Part shown: one piece after another, positions 34,693-43,886 of the stretch | Position numbering within the stretch: position 1 is the stretch's first letter | Layout of the letters: each line of letters begins with the position of its first letter | Assembly (NCBI GenBank): GCA_039802085.1 | Contig: JBDRVU010000001.1 | Location: 1 to 43,886, forward strand | DNA length: 43,886 nt | Source: a candidate division WOR-3 bacterium | GTDB taxonomy: Bacteria > Hydrothermota > Tepidihabitantia > Tepidihabitantales > JBDRVQ01 | Direction of reading: 5' to 3' | Made by a program: the position numbers and the translations under genes | Notes under the pieces: generated by a model | Databases searched by the model: none | Told to the model about the DNA's origin: nothing | The model's input: only the letters and a program-made list of their open reading frames with translations

Positions 34693-35734
34693 GTTCCCTC
34701 CCAATCCCTAGTATATCTAAAATTATTTTCGTTCCGTCCTTTTTTATCTTTTCTGCTTTCCTTCTCATTTCCTCTCTTCTTTCTTTATCAAGAATAAATG
34801 ATTTAATAACCCTTTTGACTCTCTCTTGATTTTTAACGAAATCATCCTCCTTTATCATTATCGCACAACCTCTTTCTACACAAAAACGGGCGTTCCACTC
34901 TTGATGATTTTGTGCGGCATAGGGGTACGGGATTAGTATTACCGGCAAACCAAGATAGAGAATCTCCGAAATAGTGGAAGCGCCTGCGCGACTGACCACT
35001 AGTTTTGTTTTGGCAAGAATTTCTGCTATGTTTGGAGTAAAAACGAAAAAGGAACAATTTTGGTAGGTATCATCTCTTATCTTCTCAAAATCCTCTTCTC
35101 TCACCTGAATTAGAAATTTTTCTTCGGGAAATTCTTGAGCCAAATCCTTAAAAAAAAGAGAAAGAAATCGCGCTCCCTGACTTCCGCCCAAAATCAAAAT
35201 ATTCTCTTCTTTTATTTCCTTAATCATCCTTATTGCCTTACGAATTGGATTGCCACTCCAAATTTCTTTATTTTTGATTTTTCTTGGTGGTGGAAAACCC
35301 AAAAAAACCAACCGCGCGAATGAGGCAAAAACTTTTGTCATCTTCCCTGGCATCCGATTCTGCTCTAATAGATAAATAGGAAGGCATAACGCGATACCGG
35401 CTAAAATCGGTGGTAAAGATGCGTAACTACCACAAGCGATTACCACCTTCGGTTTGTTACGCCAGAAATAACAAAAACACTGGACCACTCCATAAACCAA
35501 ATTAATAGAAAACAATCTCTTAAAGAAAGCGTAACCCCAAAAATCAAAGCCACTTTCTTTTGCTATCTTCTCTTCCATTCCCCCTCGCCTCCCTAGAAGA
35601 AGAACTTTTTCCCCTCTCTCTTTAACTCCTTCTGCCAAAGCAATACCGGGGAAAATATGTCCCCCCGTTCCAGCAATTACGATAAAAATTAGCCTACGTT
35701 TTTCCGTATTTAATTTCTTCTTCAAACAATTCAT
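34673..35734 (-). CDS. murG: Lipid II-forming UDP-GlcNAc transferase MurG
   Basis: AGTGGHIFPGIALAE, GGSQGA, SRAGASTISE. Start overlaps the ftsW stop (ATGA). Confidence 0.92.
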   Translation of the reverse strand: MNCLKKKLNTEKRRLIFIVIAGTGGHIFPGIALAEGVKERGEKVLLLGRRGGMEEKIAKESGFDFWGYAFFKRLFSINLVYGVVQCFCYFWRNKPKVVIACGSYASLPPILAGIALCLPIYLLEQNRMPGKMTKVFASFARLVFLGFPPPRKIKNKEIWSGNPIRKAIRMIKEIKEENILILGGSQGARFLSLFFKDLAQEFPEEKFLIQVREEDFEKIRDDTYQNCSFFVFTPNIAEILAKTKLVVSRAGASTISEILYLGLPVILIPYPYAAQNHQEWNARFCVERGCAIMIKEDDFVKNQERVKRVIKSFILDKERREEMRRKAEKIKKDGTKIILDILGIGREHERSYQ

Positions 35735-36852
35735 CTCTTCTGACTATGAGAAATATTTAGAACCGTTCCTACCGCCCAAAGATTCGAAATGAGAGCAGCG
35801 CCACCATAGGAAATAAAAGGAAGGGGCTGGCCGGTACAAGGAATTAGATCCAATCCAACGAGAATATGGATAAAAAGATAAAGGGAAAGGATAACCGATA
35901 CTCCCGCCGCTACCATATATTCAAAACCAAAATGAAAAGCACTGGCAATTAAGAGACCGCGCCAAAAAAGAATAAAAAATAAAAAAAGAATAATAATTGC
36001 CCCCACAAAACCCATCTCCTCACAAATATTGGCGAAAATAAAATCTGTATGAACCAAAACTAAAAATCCAAATTTCTGTAAACCTCTTCCCAATCCTCTT
36101 CCAAACCATCCTCCAGAAGCAATCGCGATTCGGGCATTTTCCTGGTGAGTCAATTTTCTCCAATCTATTTGTGCTAAATCAATTTTTTCTCTCTTTCGAT
36201 TCCAAAAATTACCAAATCTCTCTTTGGCATAAGGAATTTTCCAAATCCCAATAATAATAACAAAAACGACCAAAAGAAAATAAGTGATGCTACAAAAAGG
36301 TTTTAATCTTATAACAAAGAAAAAGAAAATGGTACAAAACAAAAAGAAAATGAATGCAGTTCCTACCGCTCTTTGGAAAAGCAGTGCAAATGTACCAACA
36401 AGAGAGAAAACAACTATCCACCAGTCATTTACCTTTTTTTCAACAAGATGAGCTAAAAGGAAAAGATGGGCATACTTAAAAAATTCCTGTGGCTGAAATA
36501 TCCCGCCAAACGATCTCTCCACGCCTGCCTTAAAAAATAAAGCCCTTATCACATTATATAAAATACCAATAAAAAAGAAACACCATAGAAAAACGCTCCC
36601 GGTAACAGGCAACCGAATAATGCCAAAGAGTTTTGGTTTAGAGTAGTAAACAGAAAAGTCTATTCCGACAGATAAAAATAAAATTACTAAACCAATTCCG
36701 ACCCATTTTAAGGTTTTAGTAAAACAATTAGTTTGTAATTCTTTTGGAAAAAATAATTTTTCGTAAAAAGTTGTGGAATAAATTGATAGAATGCCAATAA
36801 CTAAAAGAAAAATAATTGCTTGAAAATAAATTAAATCTATTTTTGGTTTCAT
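35731..36852 (-). CDS. ftsW: SEDS-family lipid II flippase/glycosyltransferase FtsW
   Basis: ~10 TM segments, HTDFIFA, PCTGQPLPFISYGGAALISN. Sits between murD and murG. Confidence 0.9.
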   Translation of the reverse strand: MKPKIDLIYFQAIIFLLVIGILSIYSTTFYEKLFFPKELQTNCFTKTLKWVGIGLVILFLSVGIDFSVYYSKPKLFGIIRLPVTGSVFLWCFFFIGILYNVIRALFFKAGVERSFGGIFQPQEFFKYAHLFLLAHLVEKKVNDWWIVVFSLVGTFALLFQRAVGTAFIFFLFCTIFFFFVIRLKPFCSITYFLLVVFVIIIGIWKIPYAKERFGNFWNRKREKIDLAQIDWRKLTHQENARIAIASGGWFGRGLGRGLQKFGFLVLVHTDFIFANICEEMGFVGAIIILFLFFILFWRGLLIASAFHFGFEYMVAAGVSVILSLYLFIHILVGLDLIPCTGQPLPFISYGGAALISNLWAVGTVLNISHSQKR

Positions 36853-38201
36853 AAAGAACGCACAATCCTCCTAAAAGAATTTCCGCGGTCAATAAAATCC
36901 TTAAACATATCAAAACTAGAAAAACCCGGAGAAAAAAGAATAATATCATTTTTTCGAGCCATAACAAACGCTTTCTCCACCGCTTTTTTTAACGAAGGTG
37001 CTAAGTATGTTCTTTGTCGCACCGAAGGGGGTAAAAGTTTAAAAAGTTCATTCTTCACTTCTCCAATTAAAACCAAAAATTTAACATACCTTTCTATCGG
37101 TTTCACATATTCGGTAAAGGAAAACCCTTTATTTTTCCCACCAGCGATAAGGATTACCGGTTGAAAAAATGCTGAAAGAGAGTAAACAAATGCGGAAGGG
37201 TTCGTCGCCATAGAATTATTCACAAATGAAACCCCCTTGACTTTCCTAATAAACTCCATCCGATGCGGGAGACCAGGAAAATTTTTTATTCCCTCTATTA
37301 TCTCCTCTTTTGTAACTCCCAGAAGGTAAGCAGCTAAACTGGCAGCTAAAATATTTTCCAAATTGAATTTTCCCCTAAGAGGAATGTCAGAATCCTGAAA
37401 AAGTTTTATCTCTTTCTTCCCAGGAAATTTAATATAACTTCTCCCTTCTTTCCAATAAATTCCGTTAACCTCTTGCCGTAAAGAAAACCAAAAAGTATTT
37501 GATTTTATCTTCTTTGCAATTCTTCGAATTTGAGGGTCATCATAATTAAGCACCGCGATATCCGTTTCTTTTTGGTTCATAAATATATTCGCCTTTGCCA
37601 TTACATACTTCCGCCAACATTGGTATCTATCCAAATGATCTTTATTCACATTAAGGAGGACAGCAATATTAGGTCTAAACTTTTTAATCTTTTCTAATTG
37701 GAAAGAGGAAACCTCAAAAATGAAAGTATCCTTTTTTTCAAAAAGGGCGGCACCGGCTGGCTTTCCCGGTGCAATATTACCTCCAACGAAAACTCCCCTC
37801 TTCTCTCTTTTTAAAATCGTCCCTAAAAGCGCAGTTGTCGTTGATTTTCCATTGGTACCAGTAATCGCCACAATTTTAATTTCTCTATGCCCTAACAGTA
37901 TCTGATAAACAAATTCCACATCCGAAATCATCCTTCCTTTTTCTTTTACCAAAAGGGCTATCTCACTATCCTCGGAAATTCCCGGACTAATGATTATCGT
38001 AAGTGGCTCTGGTAAATTAGTAATTTCATCTTCGGAAACAAAAATAAAGTTTCTATCGCCAACAAAAGGTCGCCTTTTGTTTTTCAGTAAATCATAACCG
38101 AAAACCCGTTTTTTTTTCTTCAATAGAAATTTAATAATTGGTGTGGTTGCTCTTCCTAATCCTAAGATTAAAAAATTTTCTACGATTTCTTTTCCTGTCA
38201 T
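36849..38201 (-). CDS. murD: UDP-N-acetylmuramoylalanine--D-glutamate ligase
   Basis: ILGLGRAT N-terminus, GITGTNGKSTT P-loop, LNVNKDHLDRY. ATG 38201 overlaps the mraY stop (ATGA). The 28 upstream codons in the track ORF overlap mraY. Confidence 0.9.
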   Translation of the reverse strand: MTGKEIVENFLILGLGRATTPIIKFLLKKKKRVFGYDLLKNKRRPFVGDRNFIFVSEDEITNLPEPLTIIISPGISEDSEIALLVKEKGRMISDVEFVYQILLGHREIKIVAITGTNGKSTTTALLGTILKREKRGVFVGGNIAPGKPAGAALFEKKDTFIFEVSSFQLEKIKKFRPNIAVLLNVNKDHLDRYQCWRKYVMAKANIFMNQKETDIAVLNYDDPQIRRIAKKIKSNTFWFSLRQEVNGIYWKEGRSYIKFPGKKEIKLFQDSDIPLRGKFNLENILAASLAAYLLGVTKEEIIEGIKNFPGLPHRMEFIRKVKGVSFVNNSMATNPSAFVYSLSAFFQPVILIAGGKNKGFSFTEYVKPIERYVKFLVLIGEVKNELFKLLPPSVRQRTYLAPSLKKAVEKAFVMARKNDIILFSPGFSSFDMFKDFIDRGNSFRRIVRSL

Positions 38202-39286
38202 CTTATTTTTAAAGTCGCTAATGCCAAAAATCCGCCTAAGATGGCAATTATATAAAACCTTTGCACAATCTTTGGCTCCGGCCAATTTTTCTTTTCAAAA
38301 TGGTGATGTAAAGGGGTCATTAAAAAAATCCTTTTTCCTTTCGTTAAACGGAAATAACCCACCTGTAAGACAACACTACCTACCTCCAAAATAAACCCTC
38401 CCCCAGCAAAAATGAAAAGTATTTCTTGTTTCGCCACAATCGCCAAGAACGCCAAAAGACCCCCTAATGGTAGACTCCCTGTGTCACCCATAAAAACTTC
38501 CGCCGGATATGAATTAAACCAAAGAAACCCCAAAGCCGCACCCGTTATACTCACCCCTAAAACCGCCGCTTCTCCTGCATCCCAGAGATGAAGAAGGTTA
38601 AGATAATTAGCAATCTTTCCGTGACCGGTTATATAAGATAAAACCGCATAAATCCCTGCGGTTATTCCACAAAGTCCACAGGACAATCCGTCAAGCCCAT
38701 CTGAAAAATTTACCGCGTTTGTAATTCCAACTAAAAATAAAATTACAAAGGGAATATAAAAAATACCAAAATCAATCACAATATTTTTGAAAAGAAGAAA
38801 ATTTGTTTTTGTCCGAAGGGCTGGAATAGTAGGGAAAAAATAAAGGACTGAAACAACTATTAGACCCAAAAGAACTTGAAATAGAAACTTTGTCCTTTTT
38901 CGTAACCCATTTGGTTTTCCTTTTTTCACTTTGATAAAATCATCAATAAACCCTAAGACTCCTAACCAAAAAAGAATAAGGATTGAAAGTTGAATATAGC
39001 GATTAGATAAATCGCCAAAAAGGAAGAGGGAAAAGAAAACGGAGAGGTTTATCAAAATTCCTCCCATTGTTGGAACTCCACTCTTATTTCGATGATGAGG
39101 TAAAACGTCCTCTCTAACTCTTTGGCCAATTCCAAATCTTTTTAAAAAACCAGCAAAAAGGCGATAAAAGGCTAAAATGAAAATTATGGAAAATGCTCCC
39201 GCCAAAAAGGCGCGAAGGGTGATATAACGAAAAAGATTAAAGATTATCCAATTTTCTCTTAATGGCGCAAGGAGCAAATAAAGCAT
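38198..39286 (-). CDS. mraY: Phospho-N-acetylmuramoyl-pentapeptide transferase
   Basis: K.GVPTMGG, FIDDFIKV, NAVNFSDGLDGL, GDTGSLPLGG, PLHHHFE. Confidence 0.97.
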   Translation of the reverse strand: MLYLLLAPLRENWIIFNLFRYITLRAFLAGAFSIIFILAFYRLFAGFLKRFGIGQRVREDVLPHHRNKSGVPTMGGILINLSVFFSLFLFGDLSNRYIQLSILILFWLGVLGFIDDFIKVKKGKPNGLRKRTKFLFQVLLGLIVVSVLYFFPTIPALRTKTNFLLFKNIVIDFGIFYIPFVILFLVGITNAVNFSDGLDGLSCGLCGITAGIYAVLSYITGHGKIANYLNLLHLWDAGEAAVLGVSITGAALGFLWFNSYPAEVFMGDTGSLPLGGLLAFLAIVAKQEILFIFAGGGFILEVGSVVLQVGYFRLTKGKRIFLMTPLHHHFEKKNWPEPKIVQRFYIIAILGGFLALATLKIR

Positions 39287-39287
39287 A

Positions 39288-40736
39288 TTACGTTAATTTC
39301 AAAGTGCGTTCCACTTCTTCTCGATCCGAAAATCTAACTCTCTGATCGCCGATTATCTGATACTCTTCGTGTCCTTTACCAGCGATAATTACCGCATCAC
39401 CCCTCTTCGCTAATTGAAAGGCTTTTTTTATCGCTTCTCTCCGATTTAAAACCTTCTCATAGTTATTCTTACTTATTCCTTTGATTATATCTGCCATTAT
39501 TTTTTCTGGATCTTCAAAACGTGGATTATCAGAAGTTATTATCACCCAATCAGCCAGTTCGGTGGCAACCCTTCCCATCATCGGCCGTTTCGTCTTATCT
39601 CGGTCGCCGCCGCAACCAAAGACTAATATAATTTTTTTTGCTAAAGGCTTAATGGTACTAAGGACACCTTCCAAAGCCTTAGGAGTATGAGCATAATCAA
39701 TAAATATTTCAAATCCTTTTTCATTTTCCACCCTTTCCAATCGTCCCTTTACCCCGCGAAAGGTTTCAATTCCCGCCAGAATTATTTCTTCTTTTATCCC
39801 CAACCCCCAAGCTAAACCAAAAGCACAAAGCATATTATATAAATTCATTTCCCCAAAAAGAAAAGACCGCCTTCTTTTTTCCCAATCACCAATTTGAATA
39901 GAGAAATCCATCCCAGATAACCTTAGTTTTTTTACTTTACCATTAATCATTGCTTTTTCTTTTATCCCATAAGAAATTTTTTTGGCTTTTGTCAATTTAC
40001 CAATTTCTTTGCCGACTGCATCATCCAAATTATAAACGGCAAAACTATCTACCGTAAGATTTTGAAAAAGCCTCAGTTTTGCTTCTTTATACTCTTCTAA
40101 TGTCTCATGAAAATCAAGGTGTTCGGGAGACAAATTAGTAAAACCTGCTCCCTTAAACTTCAGACCGAATACCCGATCTAAGGAGAGGGCGTGAGAAGAA
40201 ACTTCCATCACGCAGAATCTAATTCCTTTTTCGTACAATGTGGCAAGAATTGAAAAAATTTTGTAAATCTCAGGAGTAGTATTTTCCGCAACTCTCCACT
40301 CTCGCCCATCATAATATTTAATTGTTGAAATTAGTCCGCAATCGTAACCTGCAGTCAATAGGATGTACCTCAATAAATAAGCAACCGTTGTTTTCCCTTG
40401 AGTCCCAGTTATGCCCACGACTGCCATCTTTTCGTCAATATTATTGTAAAACCTCTTAGTGAAAAGCCCAAGTGTTTTTTTTACCTCAGGAACAACACAA
40501 TAAGTAATATTTGGAGGTAACCTCTCTGGAGGATAATCAGTCACTATCACCCTTGCTCCATTTTTGATTGCCTCGGGGATAAAATTCCGTCCGTCAACCC
40601 TCTGGCCAGGATAGGCAAAAAATATATAACTCCCCCGCACTTCTTTAGAATTAGCAGTTATCCCTTTAATAAAAACATCAGCTGGTCCAAACAACCTAAG
40701 ATTCTTTTCTCCCTTAATTAAATCGGATAATTTCAT
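39288..40736 (-). CDS. murE: UDP-MurNAc-L-Ala-D-Glu--2,6-diaminopimelate ligase (DNPR motif, hence meso-DAP type)
   Basis: GITGTQGKTTVA P-loop, DYAHTP, ITSDNPRFEDP. ATG 40736 (MKLSDLIKG) lies 1 nt after the ftsI stop. The track start at 40847 lies inside ftsI. Confidence 0.93.
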   Translation of the reverse strand: MKLSDLIKGEKNLRLFGPADVFIKGITANSKEVRGSYIFFAYPGQRVDGRNFIPEAIKNGARVIVTDYPPERLPPNITYCVVPEVKKTLGLFTKRFYNNIDEKMAVVGITGTQGKTTVAYLLRYILLTAGYDCGLISTIKYYDGREWRVAENTTPEIYKIFSILATLYEKGIRFCVMEVSSHALSLDRVFGLKFKGAGFTNLSPEHLDFHETLEEYKEAKLRLFQNLTVDSFAVYNLDDAVGKEIGKLTKAKKISYGIKEKAMINGKVKKLRLSGMDFSIQIGDWEKRRRSFLFGEMNLYNMLCAFGLAWGLGIKEEIILAGIETFRGVKGRLERVENEKGFEIFIDYAHTPKALEGVLSTIKPLAKKIILVFGCGGDRDKTKRPMMGRVATELADWVIITSDNPRFEDPEKIMADIIKGISKNNYEKVLNRREAIKKAFQLAKRGDAVIIAGKGHEEYQIIGDQRVRFSDREEVERTLKLT

Positions 40737-40737
40737 C

Positions 40738-42435
40738 TTAAAATTCCGCAAACTGAGAAAGAAACCAAATTTTTTCACCAATCCGCTTAAAAATAACAGC
40801 CGCATTTTCCGCCGCTGGTCCTCTTGGTTCATCAAGCATAACAGCAATTAAGTATTTGGGATTTGTTTTTGGAAAAAATCCAATAAAAGTCGTAACTGTT
40901 TTTTCGGAATAGCCGCCACCTCCCGGATACGGCTTCTCGCCAGTTCCTGTTTTTCCACACACTTGTAAACCAAAAATCTGAGCATTTTTTCCGGTTCCCT
41001 TTTCACAAACCGAGCTGAGAATTTCTTTCAGGTTTTCTGCTGTCTTTTCAGAAATCACTCGTCGCACCACGAGTCTTTTACCAGAAAAGACTGTCTCGGT
41101 TCCCTTTTTTATCTCCTTGATTATGTAAGGTCGGAGTAAAAGACCGTTATTGGCAATTCCCAAATAAGCACAGGCAAGTTGAATTAGAGTTACCCTCAAC
41201 CCTTGACCAAAAGAATTACAAGCATAAAGATGAGATGGACATTTCTTTCCTGTTCTTAGAAGTCCTAAAGCTGGAATGTAACCTCTTCTTTCCTCTAATT
41301 CAATCCCTGTGAGGCTACCGAATCCAAAATCAACTAAAAGGGAATAATAATCCTGAGGAGATAATTGAGAAGTAAGCAAGGCAACCCCACAATTGGAAGA
41401 AAAAGTAAAAATGTCAAAAAAGGTTATCACCCCCAATTTTTTATTATGATACTCCCTAATTATTTTCTTATCAACTTTTACCTCCCCGGAAGAGACATCA
41501 TACTTTTTCGTTAGAAAACTCTCACTGTTTTTCGATTCCAATGCTGAAGCCGCAATAAGAAATTTAAAAACTGAACCCGGCTCAAATTCCCAAAGAAGAG
41601 CGTAGGGACGCAAGAATCGGGCATCTTCATCAAAAAAAGGATAATCCGCCATTGCTAAAACCTCACCGGTTTCACAATTTAAAACCAAAACCGAACCTTT
41701 TTTCGCTCTAAACTCTTCTACTCCTTTTCGCAACTCCTCAAAGCAAATTTCCATCACATCCTTATCTAAAGTAAGATAAATATCACATCCCCTTTCCGGC
41801 TCTTCCCGAGGATAAGATGGATAAGGAAATGTCCTACCCCAGGCATTTTTTTGGTAAATAATAAAACCATCTTTCCCTCTCAGAAATTTCTCCACCACCG
41901 CCTCCAAACCCCATAATCCTTTTCCCTCACTCTCAGAAAAACTACCAAGTATATTATTAAAATAGGGAAGAGGATAATGACGGTGAAAAACATTCTTTAC
42001 CCCAACGAGATGGGATAAGCCCTCCTTTCGCAAAATCCGATTAAATTCTTTCCCATCCTCATATCTTATTCCTCGCAAAAGCTGATTATTAATTTTACTC
42101 CCTTTTTGTTTGAGACTTTCACCAATCTGAGGAAAATAACTATTGATAAGGTTTATAATTTTATTTACTGTATCACCCTTCACCCGATGCCAATCAATCT
42201 TAAGGAAACCAGTAATTTCAGAAAATGCCAAAAGGGTCCCCTTCCTATCCCAAATTGAACCCCTTTCCGCTAATAATTTTTCTTGTCGGTGATGATATAC
42301 CTTATCCACTAACTCCCGATATCTTTTTCCTTGAATAACCTGTAAGTAAAAAAGATAAAGAATTATAAAGAGAAATCCCCCAAAATATATATAAAAAATC
42401 GAAATAAGTTTCCCTTTAATCATTGGAGTACCCAT
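40738..42435 (-). CDS. ftsI: Class B penicillin-binding protein / septal transpeptidase FtsI
   Basis: N-terminal TM anchor, SxxK (PGSVFK), SxN (FSSNCG), KTG (CGKTGTGE). Sits between ftsL and murE. Confidence 0.9.
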   Translation of the reverse strand: MGTPMIKGKLISIFYIYFGGFLFIILYLFYLQVIQGKRYRELVDKVYHHRQEKLLAERGSIWDRKGTLLAFSEITGFLKIDWHRVKGDTVNKIINLINSYFPQIGESLKQKGSKINNQLLRGIRYEDGKEFNRILRKEGLSHLVGVKNVFHRHYPLPYFNNILGSFSESEGKGLWGLEAVVEKFLRGKDGFIIYQKNAWGRTFPYPSYPREEPERGCDIYLTLDKDVMEICFEELRKGVEEFRAKKGSVLVLNCETGEVLAMADYPFFDEDARFLRPYALLWEFEPGSVFKFLIAASALESKNSESFLTKKYDVSSGEVKVDKKIIREYHNKKLGVITFFDIFTFSSNCGVALLTSQLSPQDYYSLLVDFGFGSLTGIELEERRGYIPALGLLRTGKKCPSHLYACNSFGQGLRVTLIQLACAYLGIANNGLLLRPYIIKEIKKGTETVFSGKRLVVRRVISEKTAENLKEILSSVCEKGTGKNAQIFGLQVCGKTGTGEKPYPGGGGYSEKTVTTFIGFFPKTNPKYLIAVMLDEPRGPAAENAAVIFKRIGEKIWFLSQFAEF

Positions 42436-42812
42436 CAGCGATTTCGCTGAGAAACAGAAAAAAAAGGCACAATTTCGTTTCCTATTAAACTTTCTTTTGT
42501 CTTTTTCCCTCTTTCTTTTTGTGAGACCTCTAATCCATCCGACAATTTTCTTGGGAGTTGAGCATCATTAAGAAACGAAAATTCCGTCAATGCCCCTGGT
42601 GAATTAAAATTAGTATTATATACCTCTGTAAGATTTTTAACCGAGGAAACTTGGGAAATCTCTAAAATTATCAGTTTTCTATCTCTTTCTAAAATTAGCC
42701 TTTTTTCCCTCAGTCCGCTATTTTCTAATTCTAACCGCAGGTTGAGAAACGCTAAAAATAAATATAGAAAACCTCCCGCTAATATCACAAAAAAGATAAA
42801 AAAACGTTTCAT
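42435..42812 (-). CDS. ftsL: FtsL-like bitopic cell division protein
   Basis: 125 aa, N-terminal TM (FFIFFVILAGGFLYLFLAFL) followed by a coiled-coil-like LRLELENSGLREKRLILERDRK. Canonical slot between rsmH and ftsI. SD GAGGGA. Confidence 0.6.
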   Translation of the reverse strand: MKRFFIFFVILAGGFLYLFLAFLNLRLELENSGLREKRLILERDRKLIILEISQVSSVKNLTEVYNTNFNSPGALTEFSFLNDAQLPRKLSDGLEVSQKERGKKTKESLIGNEIVPFFSVSQRNR

Positions 42813-42827
42813 ATTTCCCTCACTAAA

Positions 42828-43775
42828 TCATATTATTTCTCCCGCGCGCAATTTCGCGCTGCGAGAAGAAGGGTTTTTTTCAACTTCCGCCCTTGTTGGT
42901 CTTATTGGCTTTTTCGTAAGAATAGAAATTTTCCCTTGCTTTTCTTTCTCCTTTAAAATTCTTTTTACAATTCTATCCTCTAAAGAGTGGTAGCTAATAG
43001 TTACAATCCTTCCTCCTTCCGTCAAAAGAGGAAGCGCTCTTTCTATTCCTCTTTCCACATTTTCCAACTCAGAATTAACAGCTAGACGTAATGCTTGAAA
43101 AACTCGAGCTAACTTCCTTTTATCATTTCTTTTTACTACCCGAGTGATAAGATTTCTTAAATCAAAGGTTGTTTTGATTTTTCCCCTTTCTCGAATTATC
43201 GCCTGGGCAATCCTTTTATAATCACTTTCTTCACCATAATTCAAGAGAATCCTTTCTAATTCTTGGCAGTTGGCTTTGCTAATCAAATCTAACGCAGTTC
43301 TCCCCTCTTGAGAGAAACGCATATCAAGCGGACCTTCTCTTTGAAAAGAAAATCCTCTTTTGGGTGATTCTAATTGGAACTTAGAAACTCCAAAATCAAA
43401 TAAAACACCAATAACTGAATAGAGATTCAACTCTTTAACAATCTCAGCAAGATTGATATAATTCCCGCGGCGGATGATAACATTTCTAAATCCTTGAAAT
43501 AAATTCTGAGAGAACTTAATCGCATCCGGGTCAATATCAATTCCCAAAAAAGTAATGTCTGGCGAAGAATTTTTCAAAAAATAAAAAAGATGTCCACCGG
43601 TTCCCACAGTACTATCAATGATTACCCCTTTTTTAATCTTTGACTCGGCGATTAAAATAGAAAATGCCTCTTTCACCATTACGGGAATGTGAACCCCTTT
43701 TTCCTCTTTATCGGGAACTAAATTACTATTCTGAAGGGTCAGCCAAAAGTGGTTTTTCTCCGCCACCAGACACAT
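42828..43775 (-). CDS. rsmH: 16S rRNA (cytosine1402-N4)-methyltransferase RsmH (MraW)
   Basis: HIPVMVKE, DSTVGTGGH, DFGVSKFQLE, ISYHSLEDRIVK. ATG 43775 (MCLVAEKN) is preceded by AAAGGAGGAACGAG. The track start at 43799 lacks an SD. Confidence 0.93.
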   Translation of the reverse strand: MCLVAEKNHFWLTLQNSNLVPDKEEKGVHIPVMVKEAFSILIAESKIKKGVIIDSTVGTGGHLFYFLKNSSPDITFLGIDIDPDAIKFSQNLFQGFRNVIIRRGNYINLAEIVKELNLYSVIGVLFDFGVSKFQLESPKRGFSFQREGPLDMRFSQEGRTALDLISKANCQELERILLNYGEESDYKRIAQAIIRERGKIKTTFDLRNLITRVVKRNDKRKLARVFQALRLAVNSELENVERGIERALPLLTEGGRIVTISYHSLEDRIVKRILKEKEKQGKISILTKKPIRPTRAEVEKNPSSRSAKLRAGEII

Positions 43776-43886
43776 CTCGTTCCTCCTTTGTTGATTCAAG
43801 GCCTAAACCTAAATCCCGCCAGACTTCCCTTAAACTAAACTTCCCCATAATTTCATCATAAACTTTTCGTGTAGCGATTCCGAAAT
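43726..43886 (-). CDS. mraZ: 3' end of mraZ (start outside the window)
   Basis: The minus-strand frame from 43884 reads FGIATRKVYDEIMGKFSLREVWRDLGLGLESTKEE...PSE*. The segment IMGKFSLREVWRD resembles the MraZ C-terminal 'VG.(F)N.(F)E(L/I)W(D)' block. It sits upstream of rsmH and overlaps the rsmH start by ~50 nt. Confidence 0.5.
   Translation of the reverse strand, partial: FGIATRKVYDEIMGKFSLREVWRDLGLGLESTKEERDVSGGGEKPLLADPSE

Overview
This is a 43.9-kb, AT-rich, very tightly packed chromosomal segment from what looks like an uncultivated Gram-negative-type bacterium. A T9SS C-terminal sorting domain and a TolB-like propeller are present. Any finer taxonomy would be inference, and I ran no searches. 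Almost all of the window is housekeeping. On the plus strand: fur-feoA-feoB, tRNA-Leu(UAG), tig-clpP-clpX, a tolB-like gene, lepB, inositol-phosphate synthase, tmk and ctpA. On the minus strand: topA and rluD. On the plus strand again: a 929-aa repeat/HEAT protein, then a six-gene glycan-type block (HDAC-like deacetylase, SplB-like radical SAM, GT4, flippase, CE4-like deacetylase, GT4), then rsmD-coaD-obg-dprA. The right third of the window is a minus-strand dcw cluster: mraZ(partial)-rsmH-ftsL-ftsI-murE-mraY-murD-ftsW-murG-(72-aa ORF)-murC-murB-ftsA-ftsZ. murF, ddl and ftsQ are missing from their usual slots. The signal that ordinary features do not explain is a family of three intergenic elements (647-992, 15643-15870, 26339-26686). 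Each is built from exactly phased 12-nt units with a (C/T)TAAT core. Two copies are about 345 bp long, homologous, and inverted relative to each other 25.3 kb apart. The third sits behind a perfect TTGACA-16-TATAAT promoter and a strong hairpin. A second recurring pattern is TTGACW-N16/17-TAnnnT promoters ending 5-8 nt before SD-less ATGs, which suggests leaderless mRNAs. No CRISPR array, transposase, integrase or recognisable defence genes were seen.
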